This document shows positions 56,898 to 64,000 of a stretch of DNA of 64,000 nucleotides, piece after piece. Origin of the DNA: Eledone cirrhosa (Eukaryota); the NCBI GenBank assembly GCA_964016885.1, contig OZ024740.1:327050001-327114000 (forward strand), given 5' to 3'. A program made the position numbers and the translations under genes. Position 1 is the stretch's first letter. Every line of letters starts with the position of its first letter. The notes under the pieces are model-generated. The model saw nothing but the letters and a program-made list of their open reading frames with translations, had not been told where the DNA came from and ran no database searches.

Positions 56898-57051
56898 CAC
56901 GATAAATTAACGGAGCCATAGACTCGCGTTATTCCCTGCCAATAATCGGCTCAGAGGAAAAGGAATTCTGAGGTGTGTAAAATACAATATGTTGAAAAGG
57001 TAACACACTAGAGACAGATACAGTGCGCTATCAATAAAACAGGGAAAACCA

Positions 57052-57286
<235 letters not shown>

Positions 57287-57310
57287 TATGTGTATATACA
57301 TATATATATA

Positions 57311-57400
<90 letters not shown>

Positions 57401-57442
57401 CATATATATACATATATATATACATGCATATATATATATATA

Positions 57443-57518
<76 letters not shown>

Positions 57519-57547
57519 TATATATAAATATATATATGCATATATAT

Positions 57548-57949
57548 GGAAAGTTATATTTAAATTGTTGGGTTACAACTAGTAAATATTTATAACTGAT
57601 ATAAAAGCACTCGACAAATATTTGGAGTATATTTACAATATTAAATAAATGGAAACTATATTTATAAAACCATATTTATTTCATTATATATATTTCAGGG
57701 ATATCATATTAACAATATGCTATGCCTTCCTCAGACAAAATACAATATAAACAGTTTTATAGATAAATCAACCTTTTCAAATGCAAGTCGATGTTGTTAC
57801 GGTATGTCGAATCTATTTATCTATAAAACTGTTTATATTGTATTTTGTCTGAGGAAGGCATAGCATATTGTTAATATGATATCCCTGAAATATATATAAT
57901 GAAATAAATATGGTTTTATAAATATAGTTTCCATTTATTTAATATTGTA
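57548..57949. mobile_element. Family G fold-back element with two HHRs (57678-57741 minus, 57842-57905 plus)
   Basis: Inverted arms ~57636-57769 and ~57814-57948. attttgt-CTGAGGA-stem II-GAAA-tatata-TA-atgaaat. A further fragment lies at 58312-58375. Confidence 0.82.
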
Positions 57950-58080
57950 TATGCATATATATATATATACATGCATATATATATATATATACATACACAC
58001 ATACATACATATACACACACACTCACATACTGAGACAGAAACGACTATCTCTCTGTCTATCTGTCTGTCTCTCTCTCTCG

Positions 58081-58116
<36 letters not shown>

Positions 58117-58226
58117 GTTATTCTGAGTTGAATCGGAAGTAACCACAGTAAGTAAGGTACTCAATACATAGCAGAGTGCAAAAGTTTTAGAGTATAAAAG
58201 TTTAAGAGTATAAAAGTTTAAAAGCC

Positions 58227-58277
58227 AGATTCCTGATGATTTCTAAAGAATGAAACAGTTCTAGTCCCGTAGAATCT
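58227..58277 (+). ncRNA. Hammerhead ribozyme, family H (element 58115-58293)
   Basis: Same stems I and II and intact CTGATGA/GAAA/TA core. Confidence 0.7.
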
Positions 58278-58483
58278 CATCTATATTAAAACTATATATA
58301 TATATATATATACAATATAAACAGTCTTATATATACAATATAAACAGTCTGTATTTTGTCTGAAGAAGGCATAACATATATATATATATATATATATCCA
58401 TACATAACTACACATACGTACATATGCACGCACACACACACATCTATGCATTCATCATTATAATTATTATTAATTAAGGGCGT

Positions 58484-58668
58484 TGGATTGGCAGTATCGG
58501 TAGAGGGTCGGACGTCATGCGTTGACGCATAGAGTTATGGCCCTTGCCATTCTGAGTTCAAATACCGCCGAGGTTAACTTTGCCTTTCATCCTTACGGGG
58601 TCGATAAAATAAAGTACCAGTAATGTACTGGGTAATTGTTGGCCTTGTGCCTAAAGTAGAAACAATTA
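58484..58668 (+). mobile_element. tRNA-derived SINE, full length
   Basis: Matches the consensus. More degenerate copies occur near 16520, 27005, 27985, 40150, 44850 and 60400-60615. Confidence 0.9.
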
Positions 58669-59234
58669 TAATTATTATTAATATCACTATTATTATATAT
58701 TATATATATTTCTTGTTTTCCTCTGATTCCACATTGCAAGTTAGCAATAAACGGACAACGCCGCTTGCTATAGTAACATTCTGTCTGCTAAACCTGGCAG
58801 TCTAACATTTCACCCTGTCGTCCAATGTGTTTGTCGCACAAAATGTCAGGCGCAAACTAGCTGAAAACCACGGTATGATGCACTATGTCATACGATATGA
58901 TTGTTCCAGCTGGTTGGCTGGTTGGCTGGTTGAATGGCAGGCTGACTGGACGGCTGATTGGCTGTTTAGCTGGATGGCTGGCTGGTTGACTATTTGGGTG
59001 GCTGGTTAGCTAGTTGGTCAGTTGGTCAGTTGATCTGTTGTTTCTATCTAGCCCCAGGCTAGATAGAAACAAAGGCATCCAATCTTTATTTTTCAGACAT
59101 GTATAAATATAACTGTTTTTTTTATCCCTCTTCTTCAGTCTATGAGGATATTAAATATATTATACAAAGACAAAATGTTTACATTTGACTATATATACAG
59201 TGTTGCCTATATATATGTTTTGTTCCCGTATAAA

Positions 59235-59267
<33 letters not shown>

Positions 59268-59269
<2 letters not shown>

Positions 59270-59487
59270 GAAAGTGACGTTCTTTTTACAAAATGAAAAA
59301 TAACCGAGGTGTCCTACACGAGTAAAAGTATAAAGAAAAAAAGATGAAATCGAAAATGCAACTGGAGTCTTATTTAAAAATAATATATATATATTTATTT
59401 GGTTCCTTTACCGGTTCCTTTACGCAATTATTCTGCTTTTCAAAAGTAGAGTTGAGATGGAGGGTCTGTGGTTTTTCTCACATCTGA
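59268..59487 (-). mobile_element. Family A copy with a disrupted HHR
   Basis: Matches 42254-42452, but the GAAA region is overwritten by a short duplication (ggttcctttac twice). Confidence 0.8.
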
Positions 59488-60923
59488 TATATATATATAT
59501 ATTTATATACAAATATAAATTAGCGAGAATCGTATTTCGGCTTTGGAATTAGCGAAAAACAACTTCCAAGATGTGTTTCAAGCGCTCAATAATTATGACG
59601 AACCAGGGCTACAACATACGTTAAAGGCCAAACACACTGAGACGATGGTTAAACCGTCATCCACACAACCATAGAAACGACCAAGTAATTCGGGTCAAAC
59701 AAATAAAATGATATGTGATTGAAAAAATATGTGATTGAAAAAAATATGTGATTGAAAATATATATATATATATATAAATATAAGTATATATATATAGCTA
59801 CAAGAATTTCGCTTCGTCACTATGTAGTTTCGAGCAAGTGTCTTCTGATAAAGCTTCAGTTTAAGCAATGTCCTGTAATGGAAATTTGGTAGACTGAAAA
59901 TTGATTTGTTGATGGGGAGACGGAGTTATTGTCCATTATTGTCTTCGTTGTTGTTGAGTAGCCTCCGTCCAGCCCTGATAGTTTGAAAGATCCTTGCCAT
60001 GTTGACAAGGTACTTCCTGCAAAAATAGGTGGGGGGAATGCTCATGACTTAATAAGAGTTGACGTGAAGTTGCGTGAGACCTCAACATACAGACCTATGA
60101 ACAAAGGTTGCTATTGTTTAACCCCTAAATTGTTATTGTTATTGTTTAGTTTTGAATATAGATTTGCTGAGGCTCTAAGCTATATAAAGTTTTGAGGTTT
60201 CAAAAACATTATACCAGCCCAAACAAAGATTGAAAACATATCATTGTCATCAGCATTATCATCATCATCAGCAACAGGTAACGTCAGTTCCCAGCAGGTT
60301 GAAAACCAGAGATTACCCTAATGCTATGTATGGTTAACTACCGGCATCTACATGATGGAGCTTATAATCCAGTCCAATAGTGCTTGGTAGTCCACAGGCT
60401 ATTTGAACTCGGAACATAAAGAGCTGACACAAATATCGCATTGCATCCTTTCTCACACTCTAATGATTCAACCTGTCTACCGTCTTTATTTTATCTATTT
60501 CGAAAGGATGAAAAGCAAAGATAACTTTGGTGGAATTTGAACTCAGAAGTCAAAGAGCTGGTATGAATACTACATGAATACTACTCCTACTATGCTTTAA
60601 TACTTCTGCCAATTCGCTTGCGAATTGTAAAATCATTTATTGTACCTTGCACATCTTATACGTAAATCCGCCATTGTCCAAGTCAATCCGGCATTTTCAA
60701 AGTCAATCCGGCATTGCCCAAGTCAACTCTGCACCAGCCGGTCAATATTCGAAGGAGTTTCGGCCGTGACAATCGTTTACGCTGTATCTAACTAATCATC
60801 CAGTCTACGTTGGGGTGCGTAGGATATTATCTAATGAGTTCTTTCATTCTTTAAATCGATAGGGTGTCATTTGAAGGAGATATGGTTGCTATTTCTAGCA
60901 TGTCTATACTACCGTGTTGAGGC

Positions 60924-60969
<46 letters not shown>

Positions 60970-61218
60970 GTGTACGCTGATTGGTTGGATATTTTTACAA
61001 GGGATTGGAAGATAAGTAGATCGTATAAAGATAAAATGTGTGCGTGCGAGAGAGAAAGAGAGGAAGAGAGAGGGAAAGAGAGAGAAGGGGGGGGGGGAGA
61101 AAGAGACAGAGAGAGAGAGAGGGAGAGAGAGAGAGGCAAAGAGAGAGTGAGAGTGAGAGGGACCGAGAGAGTAAGAGAGAAAGAGAGCAAGAGATAGAGA
61201 GATAGTCAGAGAGAGAGA

Positions 61219-61287
<69 letters not shown>

Positions 61288-61906
61288 AGAGAAAGAGAAA
61301 GTAAGAGAAAGAGTGATAAAGCAAGAGATAGGGAGAGAGAGAGACAGAGTAATAGAGGGACCAAGAGAGTGAGAGAGAGAGAAAGATAGAGAAGATTGTC
61401 GAAAGGAAATCTGGTGACATTGCGTATAAGTAACAGTAGTATGTTGCAGCAGAAGAACAAAGTGAAGCGCTTTGACAGTAACAGCAGTGAGAGCACCGAA
61501 CAACCAGATATAACAAGATAAGAGATGAAGTTCCAAATATAATGATATAACACCAACAACGACAAGAAGAAGAAGAAGATTTACAGCACGACCATCAATA
61601 ATATTATATAGACACCACAATATATAGAGTCAACGATAGGAAAAAGAAAAAAAGAATAGCAGGTGGATAAGGTGACAAAGCAACAACGACACCAGCAAAA
61701 TAAAGACGTAGAGAGAATAACTGCTATTGCAGTACTGAGCAGGTGTGTGATGTAATGCGATTCGAACGTAAAGTAGTTGTATAGAACGGAGTGTTTTGTA
61801 CAATCTTATGTACAATGTAAACGAATGGAGATATGTGGAGGAGGTAATAACAAAAATATGAGTTAGACATAAGAAAAGGCAGAAACACACAGCACAAACA
61901 TCTCTC

Positions 61907-61956
<50 letters not shown>

Positions 61957-61985
61957 ATATATATGTATGTATACATATATATTTG

Positions 61986-62028
<43 letters not shown>

Positions 62029-62101
62029 CTTCATTGTACTGTGTCGTTTGTTATTTCTGTTCACTTTTTGCACACACACACACCCATATACACACATATA
62101 T

Positions 62102-62322
<221 letters not shown>

Positions 62323-62323
62323 C

Positions 62324-62354
<31 letters not shown>

Positions 62355-62508
62355 TATATATACATATATATATACATATATATATATACATATATATATG
62401 TATATATATACATATATATATACATATATATATGTATATATATATATACATATATATATATACATATATATATGTATATATATACATATATCTATACATA
62501 TATATATG

Positions 62509-62610
<102 letters not shown>

Positions 62611-62687
62611 CATATATATATGTATATATATATGTATATATATATGTATATATATATATGTATACATATATATATATATATATATAT

Positions 62688-63162
62688 ATTTCGTTTCTGA
62701 ATTTGTTTAGCAAGATTCTTTATCTGAAATCGTGTGTTGAAACCGATATTGTTATACTTTGGGAGGGTCATGTTGCCAATAAGAAACACACGCACCAGTT
62801 GCTTTCACTTCAATTTATTATAATAAATTTATAATAAGTTTATAAATTTATAAATTTCTGGTTGGTTGGTTGGTTCCACAACCAGATAGTTGTTTATATA
62901 TAGTCATAGTTCTTTCGTCACACACTCTGTGACCTCTTCAGTGACACAGAAACAAAGAAAGGAATCCCCAGTCACTGAAGAGGTCACAGAGTGTGTGACG
63001 AAAGAACTATGACTATATATAAACAACTATCTGGTTGTGGAACCAACCAACCAACCAGAAATTTATAAATTTATAAACTTATTATAAATTTATTATAATA
63101 AATTGAAGTCAAAGTTACTGGTGCGTGTGTTTCTTATTGGCAACATGACCCTCCCAAAGTAT

Positions 63163-63168
<6 letters not shown>
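62688..63168. mobile_element. Family E fold-back element with two HHRs (62903-62945 minus, 62970-63014 plus)
   Basis: Arms 62747-62945 and 62971-63168. agtca-CTGAAGA-g gtcaca gagtg tgtgac-GAAA-gaac-TA-tgact. Confidence 0.8.
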
Positions 63169-63238
<70 letters not shown>

Positions 63239-63370
63239 ATATATATGTGTGTATATGGGTGTGTGTGTGTGCAAAAAGTGAACAGAAATAACAAACGACA
63301 CAGTACAATGAAGATATATAGATATATATATATATATATATACACATACAAATATATATGTATACATACA

Positions 63371-63461
<91 letters not shown>

Positions 63462-63606
63462 CATGATAAAAAGCGCTTAATGATTTAGACATATTTTCCT
63501 CTTAAAGCTGGTGGTAGAATGGCGACAAATCATACTGTAAATATAAATACTGGACTTCTACAGTATGATGTTGATCTATATCATTTCGTTTGTATCCACA
63601 ACGATC

Positions 63607-63679
<73 letters not shown>

Positions 63680-63787
63680 ATATCTCTATATTTATATATT
63701 GTACATGTGTGTGTGTATTTTTATATATGTATGCGTATATATATGTATATATATATATATACACACACACACACATATATATATATA

Positions 63788-64000
63788 TTTCGTTTCTGAA
63801 TTTGTTTAGCAAGATTCTTTATCTGAAAACGTGTGTTGAAACCGATATTGTTATACTTTAGGAGGGTCATGTTGCCAATAAGAAACACACGCACCAGTTG
63901 CTTTCACTTCAATTTATTATAATAAATTTATAAATTTAGGAATTTATAAATTTCCGGTTGGTTGGTTGGTTCCACAGCCAGATGGTTGTTTATATATTGT
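63788..64000 (-). mobile_element. Second family E copy, running off the window edge
   Basis: Highly similar to 62688-62900. Confidence 0.85.

Noticed and set aside
59630-59700. CTGA...GAAAC with flanking hairpins
   Set aside because: Core spacing is wrong and there is no stem I.

Overview
AT-rich, microsatellite-saturated eukaryotic non-coding DNA. The SINE sequences and repeat spectrum suggest an octopus or other cephalopod genome (inference). No intact host protein-coding gene is supported; almost all ORF-track entries are translated simple repeats. The window is dominated by mobile DNA: (1) a disrupted Penelope-like retroelement (RT + GIY-YIG, minus strand, 34458-38449) with 116-bp inverted termini and an apparent U_UUU_UUA -1 frameshift into the RT frame; (2) about nine unrelated families of short elements embedded in (TA)n runs, each carrying a type I hammerhead ribozyme (HHR) fold, about 20 motifs in total, several with the U3-A8 core variant, and mostly arranged as tail-outward fold-back hairpins; (3) many copies of a tRNA-derived SINE and a second dispersed repeat; (4) fragments of RTE, R4/Dong-like and CRE-like LINEs, a probable Helitron relic, and mariner and hAT MITEs; (5) long satellites. 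The most notable system is the (TA)n-associated, HHR-bearing fold-back element set. All folds and alignments were made by eye, so coordinates may be off by a few bases.
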